This document shows positions 39,866-53,980 of a stretch of DNA of 64,000 bases, piece by piece. The position numbers and the translations under genes were made by a program. The stretch lies in contig NC_045696.1 in the NCBI RefSeq assembly GCF_009834535.1, positions 73,348,001 to 73,412,000 of the forward strand, given 5' to 3'. The stretch comes from Camelus ferus (Eukaryota). The notes under the pieces are model-generated. The model searched no databases. It was given only the letters and a program-made list of their open reading frames with translations, and was not told the origin of the DNA. Every line of letters starts with the position of its first letter. Position 1 is the stretch's first letter.

Positions 39866-40759
39866 ACTAACATTTTCACTTTTATGACTATAGAATTGCA
39901 GACTGTGTAATTTTCATTTCTAAATTTCTATTTTATAATTATCACTCTTTTCCTATTTATGTATTTGTCTATTTTGTCAATTATTTTTCCTTAATCAACA
40001 TAGATTTAAGTTTGCTTATTTAATTGGCTCTTCCAAAAAATGTAATCCAGGATTATAAATGCAAATATTTTTCTCCTTTCTACTTAAAATTGTAACTTTC
40101 TTTTGATGTCTGAAAAATAGGTATTCTCTGTTAGCAGAGTACAAAGTTCCATGCATATTTAAACAAGGTTATCAATGATAGTGTTATCTGCTCTGAATCT
40201 TGTCTTATCAAAGTCTCAAAAAGGTGTACTAAAGCCTTGTACTATGACTGGGTTTTTACACTGGGAATTTTTAAGTTTATTGGTTTATGTATTTCAATTT
40301 TAAGTTAGTGAGTGCATGGGGTATCACTGCTTCTCTGTGGGGCATCTAATTTAACAATATAAAATACATGTCCTTTTCATTTCTGTTTTGTCTGATATTG
40401 CCTACCCAAGTTTTTGCATTTTTCCAGATTTTTCTTTTCCTTTCCTTTTACTTCTATCCTTTGTATATCTTTCTACCTTAGGTTTGTCTCTTAAACATCA
40501 AGTAGTTTGATTACATTTGAGACCCAGTCTGAAAATATTTGTTGTTTAATGGTGGAGTTTAACCCAGACTTATTGTAATAATTGGTAACATTTGGTCTAG
40601 CTTATGTCATTTTATTTTGTATTTTTTAACAATTGTTTTGTATAGCTTTACCATATTGCTTGGATTATTTCAAGTGAAATAATTTTCACATTTAGATTCT
40701 AATAATTATTATTAATTTTTAATATTTGTGTTAAAACCATATTAATAACAATGAAATGA

Positions 40760-41790
40760 TTCACTCACTCAAATATTAATTGAGCACCTACTATGCATCA
40801 CATAAACACACATGGTCCTTGTTTTCAGGGGACTTTTCTTCCTAAGAGAGTGAAGAGAAAAGAAAAAACAGGCAAATACACAGGAAAAGTTTTAGCCAGT
40901 GGTAACTACTACACATAGAATTAAAGAAAGGTTACCTACTTTCAATTGGGAGGGCAGGCAAGGTCCCTTTAAACAGTTGATATTCATTTGATGAGAAATA
41001 GCCAACGGTGTAAAGATCAGTAATGATCCTCCTGATACGGGGGAGAAGAAAGCCTTTGTGCAAAGATCCTGAGGTAAGAAAGACTTGCTGAGTTTCAAAC
41101 ATTGAAATAAGCTGGAGTGAGAAAGTGCTAAAAAGTAGCAGTTACCAGAAAAAGTAGAACTTCATAAACCTCAGTGAGTGTGGATTTCATCTTAAGTGTA
41201 ACTCAGTGTCATTGGAGGGTTTTAAATTGTGGGATTTGTTTCTGTGTCTATGTTGCAGGGAAAGAGTAACGTGATCCAATTTCTTTTATAAAATGTCCCT
41301 CTGTTGCTGTGTGGAAATCTATTCCAGGAGAAACAAAAGCATCAGGAGGACAGGTGATGGAGATGGAGAGAAGTCACCAGATTCAGGACATGTTTTGGAT
41401 ATTGAGACCACAGGACTTGCTGATAGATTAAATTGTAGGGGAGAGGGTGGTGAGAGCAGGAGCAGAATCAAAACTAATACTTAGATCTTTATTTTCAGCA
41501 ATTAGATGGTAAGTGGTATGTGTTTACTAAATGGAAATGCCTAGTAAGTGGTATGTATTTACTAAATGGAGTGGGGCAGGTTTGACAGAAGAATTATACA
41601 TTCTATTTTGACTAATTCAAATTTGAGATTGCCATTGAGTATCCATGAGTGATGGCCAATAGTCAGTTGTATATACAAGTTTAGTGTTCTCGGGAGAATT
41701 CAAAGCAGCAGTAGATGTAGTGTTTACTGTGTATAACTGAAGAGAGAAGGTACCTAGGCCAAAGCCGTGGGGCACTCCCGTAGCAGGAGG
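40760..41790 (-). mobile_element. L2 (3' end at left), nested in an old L1M/HAL1-like remnant spanning about 39870-41990
   Basis: attcactcactcaaatattaattgagcacctactatgc (reverse L2 terminus) followed by typical purine-rich L2 antisense sequence. Confidence 0.7.
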
Positions 41791-42259
41791 TTATGCAGTT
41801 CTACTTGCAGGATATAATAGAAACTCCAAGTTTCTGGTCTATTGGTTAATCTTTTCCCACCATTCTATGGCTGAAACAGTTTTGTTTTTCTTCCTAATTT
41901 ATATTTCTTTGTTTATTTCAATGGGATTTTGAATAGAAGGAGCATTAAATACTTAGGTCCAAATAACCATCTTGAACTGGCAGTCAACTGTAGAACAGTT
42001 AATTCTTCAGACTCAGGAAGTCATCTGAATGATTGCTATTCCATACAATAACTGCACTAAATTGAAAGTTTCTTGAAGAAAAGAGGGATTTTTTGCCGAT
42101 TGTCCACATAAGTGCCTCCCATGGGCTCTGCATTAAAAGAGGCTCAAGGTAATGCTCTTAACTATATGAACAAAGGATCCAGTAGATGAATCTTCAATCT
42201 TCTTGGTGTCACGTTTTTCTATAGCTGAATCTTTCAATAGAGCATCCAAGGACAGGCAT

Positions 42260-42520
42260 GTTTAGAGCACTGTGGTCTGGTTCCACGAACTACTAGTTTA
42301 GTGACCATAAGCCACTTGTCTAACTTCTTGTTTTCTTTAACAAGACAGTAATAATGGTTTAATATTACTACTAATATTAGTAACATTTAATACACGACTA
42401 GTAAAAATAATAGGAGCAGTAATAACCATCTTTCTGATTTGGTGTAAAGCCTGAATACAACAATGTCTGTAAAGCATTTAGCACAGCACCCAGCATAGAG
42501 TAAGAGCTAACAGACAGTGA
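42260..42520 (+). mobile_element. MIR SINE
   Basis: tactagtttagtgacc...tgtaaagcatttagcacagcacccagcatagagtaagagct. Confidence 0.6.
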
Positions 42521-43269
42521 TTCTCAGAGCTTTGCCCTGGGCCCCAGCTCTTCTGGCAGAGGCCCTGAGACGCCATGCGATTAAAGCAGAGTAAGTTGAA
42601 TAGGAAAGTGCAGGAAAAGGGCAGGTGATGTGATCAAAGAAGGAGCAGGGCCTAGATTATTTGCTGCCTTGTAAACCAGAGTCAGGACGGTGGACTTTAT
42701 TCTGAGTGAGAGAAGAAGCCATTAGACAGTTTTGAGGAGAGAAGTGAAATAATCTGGTTTATAGTCAGAAACAGTTTTGTTCACACTTAGAGCCATTGCT
42801 TTCAGAACAGAGTGTTTAATAAACATATAAATATCCAGTGCTAACTGATGTCAGTTTCACTTCTGCTTATGTTCTTGGCCATTTTTTTCATGGGAGTTCC
42901 AATGCTGCATGGTTAAATGCAGTGTAAATGAGGTATTCTCCCACCCCAAACCACTCCTTGAGAACGTCTCTCCTCTCCTCTCTACTACTGCACGAAATAA
43001 ACAACTTGGTCAGAGCTTAAAATTTCCACCAAATGTAATACTTCCCAACAGAAATGGCCATCTTTTAGATAATTATCAGTGTTTTGGCATTGGCTAATTT
43101 GTTACTTAGCAAAACTTTTCCACATTAAATTTTCCTCAATAAAAGATCTGACCATTTCTTAGTGAATATCATCCTTTGGGATAAAAAAGGGAAAAGAGAA
43201 CGCCTATGAATCCATGTGGGTGTCTCTGAAGCTCATGTGGGAAGTAATTATCCTATTATTCACCATATT

Positions 43270-43560
43270 CCTAAAGCTCTGTCTGGAAAACTGCATGCAA
43301 TTTTGGGCTCTTTCTATGTAAAAAAAAAAAAGATTGCTAATTTGGAAAGAATCCAAAGGGTAGTAATAATGACAAAAGGCTTGGAAAACATGCCATTAAA
43401 AAGAGTCTAAGAGAATGGAGTGTGAACTGCCAAGAGATCAGATAACTGATGGAGGCAGAAAAGATTTTAAAATAGCATGTGGGAAAGAAATCTCCCAAAA
43501 GGAAAGGGGATTATTTTTTCTCAGTCCAGACACTTATGTTAGTAGTTTAAAAAGAAGAAG
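43270..43560 (+). mobile_element. CR1/L3 LINE fossil (ORF2 C-terminal region)
   Basis: ORF 43216-43410 contains KIANLERIQRVVIMTKGLENMP, resembling CR1 ORF2 KDIDKLERVQRRATKMIKGLE. It is preceded out of frame by tgcatgcaattttgggct (degenerate CVQFWA). Confidence 0.75.
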
Positions 43561-44369
43561 AATTAAATTATGAACCATGCAAAACACATTATGCCTACTA
43601 ATACATTCAATCAGAAAATGTAGTGGAAATGGGGAAATTGTAAGACAACACTGGAGGACTCAGAGTGTCACCAGTCCTTCCAATACCTCAGGTGATGGTT
43701 TCTGAATCCAATAGAAATCTTTCAAATCTAAATGTGGGGAAAATGCTGCTGTACATGAATTCACACAAATGAACAGGATGTTAGTCCATACATTTTAAAA
43801 ACTTTATGGTTATTGTTCCATGCCCATATAGGAGAAGGGAGGAAAACAAACAAAAGAAGACACTGTTCTTATCCACTGTACAATTGTAGTTTTGGGGAGG
43901 ACATAGCATGTATACAAATACCAAATAAAGAAGTTGGGGGAAGGAAGACTTGCTGAATATGGATGAAGCCAGTCTCAAGGTTGTGAATTTGAATCCTAGT
44001 TACAGCACTGCTTTAAAACACATCCCAGGGGGCTGACTGGGACAAGGATCAGGGCAGTTGGAATTACCTCTTTAAAATCCTGCCCCATTTGATACAATCA
44101 ATAGAATCCATCGTCAACACTGTGAAATATCTGAATGAAGAGTAAACATGCAGTCAACCACCTCACTGTCAAACATTCAGATGACTGTGCGTCTTCTTCT
44201 TAGCCTTTTTGTCTTGGTGGTTAAGTGTCAAGAAGCTATTGTGGATGAAGCTGATATTCAGATTTACCAGCTGAGATTTCAGGGCCCTACAAAACTAGGG
44301 CTTCAGCTTCTTTTCCAACTTTTGATTCTCCCTCCATCCCAGCCTTCTTAAGATTCTCTCCAAATTCTG

Positions 44370-44740
44370 GGAATGTTCATTGTTCTGTAAACATGCCTTG
44401 GTCCTCTCTTCCTTCTATGCCAATGCAATGGCATCTCTACCCACACATGCTCCCGTCCTCCTCAATCTCTTTGTTCACATCCTAGTCATCTATAAAGGCC
44501 CTGCTCAGACCCCACCTCTTCCATGAGTCACCTGATCTCACTTTCCCCTATTCTTCTTTACACCTCAAATCTTGTCTGCACATGTCAAATCTGGACCGTA
44601 AAGTTTATTTTTATTTCCTGCTCACTAAAATATAAATTCTCAGAGATCAATTACTATATTTTATTCACTGTTATATTTTTCACATTGCCTAGCAAAGTGC
44701 CTGGAACAAAGAAGCTAGCCAGTGTCACTGGATTAAATTA
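44370..44740 (+). mobile_element. L2 3' region
   Basis: ttttattcactgttatattttt...gcctagcaaagtgcctggaaca. Confidence 0.6.
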
Positions 44741-45762
44741 GAAGTTAGAGGAGACAGTCATTAATTAGGAAATAGCAACAGTGAATAAATTTATCCAGTT
44801 AGAAGATCGTCTTAAGACAATAGCATAATTTTCTAAAGCTTGTGCTGTTTGGGGAGAATTATAGAAAGTAATGCATGTGAATTTTATAAAATGGCAAAAG
44901 GAAAAACTGAAAAAAAAAAAAGTAAAACATCATAATTATTCCATCATTTAGAGATAACCACTGATAACATTTTAATTTGTGAATTTCCTCCTAGATTTTC
45001 AAAAGAATTTTTACATAGTTGCTATTATACTCCATATATGTATTTGTTTTCCTCCAAAGGCTTTTAAAAGCTTTTTATAAGTACTTTTAATTATAGCATG
45101 CCATCCTATTGTTAAACCATATTTTACTTAATCATTCCCTAATTGTTGGGCATTTAAGATGGTTTTCAATTTTTTTTCTAATTAAAATAATTCAGTGTGA
45201 ATACCTCTGACCAAAAAGAGTTGTCTACTCATCTTTTTAGAAAATAGTGTTTAAAGGTCATTTAAGCTACTTTTTTCTGTAAATAATCTAGCTCGGTCTT
45301 TTAATGAGCCCCAGTATTTTTTGTTTTCCTCAGCCCCGCTGAGATAATTTCCTGTCCGTTGAATCTCTGCTGCCCTAGTTGACATCAGCTATGTTCTTGG
45401 CTTTTTATACTGTCCAGGTCATTTACTCAATCCCTTTCTCTGGCTGCCTGGATACGTTCTGACGGATGCTTTCTAATGAAGCTGGACATATTCCATGTTC
45501 TCCAGTCACTAGTTCTTAATTGATAGGGATTTGGGGAAGATTTTTCAATGATTAAGTCTTATATTGGCAGGGTCTCTTAGTTACTGTAAAATTTAGAAAT
45601 AGTTTTATTTCTTTTACAAAAGATCTTATCTTTCAAAGTTTTAAACATTTTAAGGCAATTTCACAAATTTATTTTTCTTATAAAAAATAAATGTTATTAG
45701 TTCTTTACAGATGAGGAATCTGAGGCTCTGAGAAGCCAAAAAAGAAAAGAAAAAAAAAAACC

Positions 45763-46255
45763 TGTATTAGTTTTCTATTGCTGTTGTAACAAATTACCAC
45801 AAACCTAGCAACTTTAAACAGCACAGATTCATTGTATTTTAATTCTAGAGGTCTCAGGGGGCTGAGATCAAGGTGTGGGAAGGCTATACTCCTTTCTAGA
45901 GGTTCAGGGAAGAAGCTGTGTTCTTCCCTTTTCCAGCTTCTGGACACCGCCCACGTGCCTTGGCTCACAGCCTCTTCCTTAGCCAGGAAAGGCAGGTTGA
46001 GTCTTCCTCACTCCACATCATTCTGACACTGAGTCTCCTACTTCCCTCTTCACCTAGAAGGACCCTTGGGATTACTTTGGCTTGCTAAAATAATCCAGGA
46101 TGAACTCATCTGAAAATCCTTGACTAAATCACATCTGCAACGTTACGCCTTGTTTTCTGTTTTTGTTGTCTGTTTGCCGTGTAAGGTTCCACATTCACAG
46201 ATGTGGAGGATTAGAATACAGACACCTCTCAGAGGCCATTATTCTGCCTAACACA
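45763..46255 (-). mobile_element. MaLR solo LTR (MLT1C/D-like), apparently full length
   Basis: TG...CA termini: tgtattagttttctattgctgttgtaacaaattaccacaaac ... ggccattattctgcctaacaca. Confidence 0.88.
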
Positions 46256-48879
46256 ACTACTCACACCAGAAGTAAAAGCTACAGAAGTAATGTGATGTCG
46301 CTACATTACATTAAGCAAAGTGAATAGAGATCCCTATAATTTAATGACCACAAAAGCTACAATCCATACACCTACTCAGAAAATCACTCCCGTGCAAGAG
46401 CGTATTTGTAACACAAGTGTAGGTTTCATTTGCCATATATTAATTTATTTGCCCAACCTGAAATTTACATTTATTCAATTTGGATAACGCCTTGTCCTAT
46501 TGTATGGTAAATCTGAAACTGCTGTGTCTCTGAATGTACCCAATTGAGGATTTTTTTAAATTACATCCTAATTGTAAAAACATGATTACTGCTCACATGT
46601 TGGTGTGGATTAATTAGTGTAATTAGTCTTGTGTACATAACCACTGCCCAAAATGTCCCCGACAGCTAAAAAGCAACCAGCCACATAATGCCTTCCGGAC
46701 AACTTTGCCTATGACGGCCAGGGAACCAGTGATTTACTTTTTTGCATGGCTGTCAGAAAAACAACCGAAAATCTGGCAGTTCAGATTTCACTATCTGAAA
46801 ATGAAGACTTGTAACACATTTGTTCATTAACTTGGCTTTTACCTATGAATTTGCTTTATTGGGTGTTAGGGTAAATACAGGGTTACTCATCTGAGTGAAC
46901 ACCACTATGGCTAATGTTAAATGGACATAATTACATAGCTTGTTGTAATATCAAGGTCTCTTACTCTGGATTTTTAAAAAATTTGTGTGGACTTTTATTT
47001 TTCTTAATATGAATTCTTGGAAGTGGGGATCTTTTCTCTTAAATATTAGGGCAGGCAGGGTCATTCTTGGTGGGGGCCCCATGAAGCAGAAGATTACAGA
47101 TGCTACACAATTTCACTTTGAAGGCACAAATCACTCAACTCATAGTTTATGGGAAAGCCAACAGGAAGCATGATGGGCAAAGCCTTAAATATAGTGACAT
47201 AAATTATTTTAAATTCTTCATATTAAATCTATTGATTTAAGTGTATTAATATACCAAACCAACAAAAAATCTTTACTTATAAGAGCCCTTATATCTTTCC
47301 CTTATAATATCTATTAAAATTAACTTAAGATTCACATCTTCTTTGCTGTATTTATGAAGAAGTCAAATCCTTAACAAAAGGCACAATCAGTCATAAATAA
47401 TAGAACATTTACAGTTTCTTCTCTTAAAAAGTTTTGGAGATAACTTTCTAGAGAATTTCTCTCTCTCAACGAACATAGAGAACTGTGATTGTGTTTATAA
47501 CTGAATATCTAAAAATGAAAATATTTATTTTTTTAGTTAATGGAATATCAGTGGAGAATTATTATCAAATAAATTCATATCTAGCATAAAGAATATATAG
47601 TGATAAAAGGATGTACATGCAACTGAATGTGATATTTTGATATTTGGAACAGGTGGACCTTTCAAAAAAAAGGTTCCTAATTATTCCTATCCTGTTAAAA
47701 TTATTTTAATTTTGCATCTCAGCAGATATATTTGTATGCTGGAAACAGGTGTTCATCAAAAGACGGTGATAAAGAGACTGCAGTCGGGACTTGGAGCCTA
47801 GCCCGCATGGTGTGATGACAGATAAATTAGAAAAATCCTGCTAAACATCTCTACACTTCAGAAGGAGATTACACCTTTTTAAAAAGGCAAAACATGTGGT
47901 TCAATTACTTATTGTCTTGGCATGTGGTTATGATGAAAGACAGAGTCTTAAACATCAATAGAGCTAAACTAACATCCCAGATGGGCTTCAGAAGAGGGGA
48001 CTCCTGCAGCAATCCACCTGCACAAAAAGCAACTGGGAGAAAATTAAAGAAATGCTTTTCTTCCCCTCCCCTATTTAATTTGTTTCTTTATATTAAATAG
48101 CCATTTAATGAATAACATGAGCTTTGGTGAAAAAATAAGAGCAAAGTACTTCTATTTAAATGTGTTTTCTGGGAGATCCAGCAGAAGAGGAGGCAGGTTT
48201 TTTGCAGCTCTCTGCAGAATGCTATGCGGGTCTTATGTGGGTCCTGAGAGTGATAACAGGTCATCACAAAGCCCAGGGGAGGAGAGGAAATGTAGATCTG
48301 CACAATGCATAGGAATACACAGATACCATGCTATGTGACTTTAGGTAAGTAAAAGAACCTCTCTGGGTCTCATTTTTCACATATGCAAACTACTGAATTG
48401 TGGTTCCATTTGGTCTCATGCTGCTACAATCTGAATATTATCTTCAGCCATAACACATACAAAGTAAATGCTACTGGGGATCAAACAACATGAAGAGAAA
48501 CTTAGTGAGGACCAGCATTTCTCCACATGTGTTTCTATATTCAGACATGACTAGAGTACCTGAACAGTCCTCCAGGTGCTCAATACACCAACATAAGTTG
48601 GTCAAAAATTAGTGGTGGGGTATAGGGGTGAAGGGAAGAGAAATAAAGAAGGATAAAGAGGAGAAAATTATGATCTATTAATCACATTATCACACTAATT
48701 TCCCATTGAAATTAATAAAAAACTATTCAAAGTAGGTATTACTAATCCACTGTACATGAAAGTAAATAATGATCCCAGTGCCTATTGAGCCAAAATCATG
48801 CTAAGCACTTATTTAGCATTTATAGAAAGTCTATTAAGTTGGTTCAGAAATATCATTTCTTTGCCACTGATGTCCTCTC

Positions 48880-49230
48880 AAATACCAAAATAATTGTTAT
48901 CTTTTGAGCAAGCCTTGATCACATGCTCTGAACTATCTGAAGGGCTTTCCCAAGCTTTATTTCATTGAGTGCTCCTCAAAACCCTATGAGTTGGTATTGT
49001 GGCCTCTATTTAACAAATGAAGAAACCGAGGCTTAGAGAAGTAGAATAATGCGCCCAAGGTCAAACAGTAAATGCCGGAGCCAAGAAGGCAACAGTAAGA
49101 TCTTACAATCACTGCAGAAAACTGCTGTTAAAGGCCCAAAGAGATTCACTAATGTAATATCACAAAGCTAAATAGTGATGGAGGTGGAACCCCAGTTTAT
49201 CTGACTCCTAAGCTCTCCTTTTTCAACTTT
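48880..49230 (-). mobile_element. MIR fragments
   Basis: aaaccctatgagttggtatt...acaaatgaagaaaccgaggcttagagaagt...gcccaaggtca. Confidence 0.75.
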
Positions 49231-49259
49231 TCTGATCATTATCAACACTGAACAGCATC

Positions 49260-49790
49260 TAGCCATTTTCAATAAATATATGTTTGGTGCTTGCTATGTT
49301 TAATGTACTGTGCCAGGCTTGGTAAGAGATATAAAGAATTAAGCATCATTCTCTTCAATCTCATGAGGCTTACCAGCACTTTGGAGAAATCAAGGCATAC
49401 ACTTATGAAACATTTCAGAAAAACCGTAAGAATACAGTATTAAGAGTCAAAAGAATCAGGAGACACAGGACTGAAGGACCTCAGAGAGAGAACTCACGTG
49501 GCATGAGAGTCAGACTAAGCATGAGGGAGTGCAAGGATGTGCAGGATTTTTGAAGATCAGTATGGAAGCAGAGCAAGATGACCATTTGGCTGGAATGGTC
49601 TTGGAAGCTCCCTGGAAGCAAAGACTAAAAACAAAGAATGAACGTGGTAAAGGCTTTTTCTAACATGAAAGAGTTGGAGATTCGGTTAGAAAGGTATGAT
49701 GAGACCAGATTTTTGACTCTGATTGCAAAGTTTGGCTTGCAAACATTCAAGACTCCTAAGCAGAAGGGTGATATGACTTAGCTCAGATGG
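49260..49790 (-). mobile_element. L2 remnant
   Basis: ttcaataaatatatgtttggtgcttgctatg...actgtgccaggc. Confidence 0.5.
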
Positions 49791-51579
49791 TGGAGTACCC
49801 CACAGTTGCCCCCTCTTGGGAAAAGAAGTCTTAGAGGAAGAAAAGAATAGTTTCTCCTTAGTATAAAGATTGGCAATAGGGGAATTCCTGGCCCAGTTTT
49901 TAAAAGATTATTTTTGTCATTCTAAATAAAATAAATGTACATAGTGAAAAATATTAGAAAATTGTAGGATAAAGATAATCCTACCACTTAGAGACCATCA
50001 TTATTAACACTTGGGTAAATTTCCATTTAATCATTCAAGAAATGTTTATTGAGTACCTACTACATGCCAGATACCACTCTAGATGCTAAGTCTAAGGCAG
50101 TAAAGAAAATTCAAAATTTCTGCCTTTTTAAGCTTCTACATAGATATTTCTTTCTATGGATGTGTACTCTATGTGCTTTATTCAGTTGTCAAATATATAG
50201 TTTTTTTCTGATTTTCACAGCACATAACAAGCATTTTGCTATGCTTATTCTTAAAATTATTTAAAATTAATTTTATTTGGAATTAAAACTATTTGGAAAC
50301 CTTTTAGTGTCTGTGTTATTCACAGTCTATAGACACTCAAATTTTTATTTAGTTATTCATACTCTTATGAGGACATGAGGCACTTTGCGAAGCTGATAAA
50401 AGTTATGGACAGGCCACCAAATTTAGTATGTAATTTCAGGTGTTTATAGATCCTTTCAATTATGAACCTTGATTTGATTATTTCCTAATTATTAGACATT
50501 GAAATAATTATTTTTTCACTGTTATAACTAACACTTAATTACTATTCTTACACATAAAAGTTTTGTGTGTATTTCCGATTATATCTATAAGGATAGGTTC
50601 CTAGAAGTGAAAATTCAGGATAAAAAATATCAATTTATTTTAGGGTTTTAAGGTATCTTTTGCTAGTAGTATGTAAAGTCTTCTACCCTTATATCTCTGT
50701 GAGTTTTCTTATATATCTGTAAATTTTTGTTTAATAAAAAATCTCAGTGCTGTTATTTGTACATAATAGTTTGTGACTTTATCCTCACTGTAGACTTTTT
50801 ATTAATAAAAGCTAATCTCTTTTGTCACCCTTGATGCTTCTTGCCTTAAATTTTATATTTTCTAATATTAATATTGCCACTCATGTTCTTACATTTATCC
50901 ACTGATGTGAGATTTTTGTTGTTGTTTTCATCCTTGAAGGTGGCTTTTGAATAAAGAAATGTCTATTATTGGGTTTCTTTTTTATTTTAAAATAGAAATT
51001 TTACGTATTCAATGAAATAAGGTACAATTTTTTTTAAATCTAGCTTTTCCTTATTTTTAAACTTGAGCTTAAGAAATTTATAATTCTATTTGTAAGTTTG
51101 GCAGATTTCAGCAATCATTTCTAAGGGACTTTTGGTAATGTTTAATCATGTTTACAGATAATTAAACACCTTCAAACATTTTAAACTGTATTTAGACATT
51201 TAACATACAGATATATATTTTAGGTACTTCAGTTGTCTGAATTAACAATCTTCCTAGGTGCATAAATAAAAAATTCATTGTTTACATTTATAAATATAAT
51301 TGTTATTTTAGTTATGCTTAAACTTTGGTAATTTCAATTTAAAATACAAATCTAAATCACTTCCTCAATTTAACATATCAAATTGATAATTTGGCACATT
51401 TAATTTGGAGTTACAAAGCTATAATAGACCAAATTAATCAATTTTGAACAAATAGACTCTAACAGACCAAATTAATTTCAACACTCCAAATACATGAGAT
51501 ATTAAGTATGTGCATGTGCCTTCTTAACACAAAAATATTTATATATATAGTTTTGATTCTCTTCACCTCTTCATACTTT

Positions 51580-51680
51580 TTTTTTTTAATTGAAGTATAG
51601 TCAGTTATAATGTGTCAATTTCTGGTGTACAGCATAATGTCCCAGTCATATACATATACATACACATACATATATTTGTT
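51580..51680 (-). mobile_element. Very short 5'-truncated young L1 (3' terminus only) with TSD
   Basis: Poly-T then aattgaagtatagtcagtt...caatttctggtgtacagcata. Flanking repeat TTCACCT(C/T)TTCATACTTT at 51562-51579 and 51681-51698. Confidence 0.88.
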
Positions 51681-53779
51681 TTCACCTTTTCATACTTTAC
51701 ATTTTCCTGGGGTTGAAACACGCATACCTACTGAAGATAATTTCCATGACAATTAACTGGGGTACTTAATTCGAAGTCTCTCTAGACTGTAAGGTATGAA
51801 CCCACTCATTCTGGTGGGTTCTTTCTGGGTAACTGGGTAACTGGGGTTACTTACAAGCAGAGGTCTTGGCCAGGTGTGACAGCCATGCCATGCCTGTGGA
51901 CATTGAGAGTGAATCCTTCCACTGCCCTGGTTGCCATACTGCATCCCTTTTTATAGCCACCAGTTAAAATTTAAAAATTAGATAATAAAATTTAACTTGT
52001 CTTATTTTTATGTGGCCCACATCACTGAATTTCAGTTTGAAATGTTACCTGCTTTATTATTTTCTCTATTATATTATTTTCTTTATTCTTTACTCTTTTA
52101 TTTTTTAATTTTTTGCATCTCGAACCATACTTGCTATGTCCTATATTTATTCTCTGGCAATCTATTCTGATTTTATTTTTCCAGTGATTACCTTTACATT
52201 TAATACATACACACACATAACACACACAATTTTCCACATAATGAAACAGCATCTAATGACTCCTGAATTAGATGAGAAATAACACATTTTACTTCTTCCT
52301 TGTCCTTCTCTCACCCATTTCCCAACTTTCATTGTTATCTGGGATTCTGGGTTCACAGTATTACTAGTAGTAATAGTAGTAGTTATAATAGCAGTATAGT
52401 CTCGATATTTACCTATTTTTATATTTCATTGGTGACATAATGGGACTCTACAAAGAAGGGAAGCTAAGATGCATGTGCTCCATTAACCATTATGCCAAGA
52501 GGGCCATTTTAAGCTTCTTGATATGCATTGCCAAATTACTTTCCAGGAAAGTTGTACCAATGCACAGCCTCAGCAGCCATTCATTGAGGGTACTCATATC
52601 ATCACATTCTAAAGAACTGACAACTTTTTTTGGAACACTTTCCTATTTGATAGATAGAAATTGTATTTGATCATTATTTTCCTTTGTTTCTCTGGGAAGA
52701 AAACTATAGTTAGGAACTACAATTCCAGTGATCTTCCTCTGATGAAGCTGCAATTACTCATGAAGGAACTGTCATAAATTGAGTAGATCTGATGTAGGAT
52801 CTTGCCTGTAAATATTACTAATTAATTTCCTAAGTGACTACTTTATAATCTTTTCCACTGGGCATTTTCTGGGCATGTAGAGACAGAATAAAAAAGAACA
52901 ATGGGTGGTAGTTATTTTTAATACCAAGAATCCATGTACTTACTCTTAGTCATGGAACACTGGTGCTGTGCTATATGAAATCACATAAAGTAAATAACTT
53001 AGCTAATCAGTAAATTCATGGTAACAGAAGACTAGTCACAATAACTAATTTGTAAAACCTTCAGTACTGACAAATATTATGATAAGATATATTGACCCAA
53101 TAGTGTTCTGCAAACAGGTTCTGATTTACAAAACTGACCAACACAATAACAGTCATTTGATGTGAAATATTCATATCAGAAATGTTGACTGGAGTGATTG
53201 AAAGTCACTCACATAAAACTAATAAATAAGCACTCTTGTCTCCCTTATAATACTAGATAGTCGTATTCAATTTATACTGTTCCTTCGCATTATTCTTGTT
53301 CATCAACAGAAGTAACTTAGGATAAAAATTAGCTACCAATTTCATTGACAAATAGAGGAATGTATATATTTCTACATGAATGGTAAAGGCAGGAATAGCA
53401 CTTCAAACAGAAGGAACAGCATGAGCAAACACATGGATGCAATGGGGACTGAGGTGGAGGAAGCTAGCCAATATTCACTGTAAGACTAATGAAGTGTACG
53501 TGAGACGCCTTGCCAGGATTAATTTCATTTTGAATACACCACTACAGTATCACACTTTCACCTTTAAACCAAGTTTGGATAAGAATTCCAAAGAAAGATA
53601 TCATGAAATAACTTTATCAAGAAACCACTCAGATGTGGTAATGAAGGCTGCAACATATTTTAGCACATGTAAGAAGCTTTCACAGATGTCCATTCACTTA
53701 CTTTAAATCAGGTTGAGTATCACACAGTTTAGATAATAATTTACAAGTACTCTCTGGTAATGAATAAAGCTAAAAGTAA

Positions 53780-53980
53780 GAACTGACATTGTTGGAGTTT
53801 ATACCAGGAACGTGTATTATCTCATTTTACTGTTAAAATAATCTATAAAGTCATTTCTTTCATTATCTCTATTTCACAGATGAGAATTTAACCAAGGTCA
53901 TGCAACTAAGAAATGAAAGACCCAAAATTTGAACCCAAGCTTTTGGATTCCAAAGCCCAGGCTTTTAACCATCACTCTGA
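53780..53980 (-). mobile_element. MIR SINE
   Basis: attatctctatttcacagatgag...ccaaggtcatgcaactaagaaatg...tttgaacccaagc...gattccaaagccc. Confidence 0.75.
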
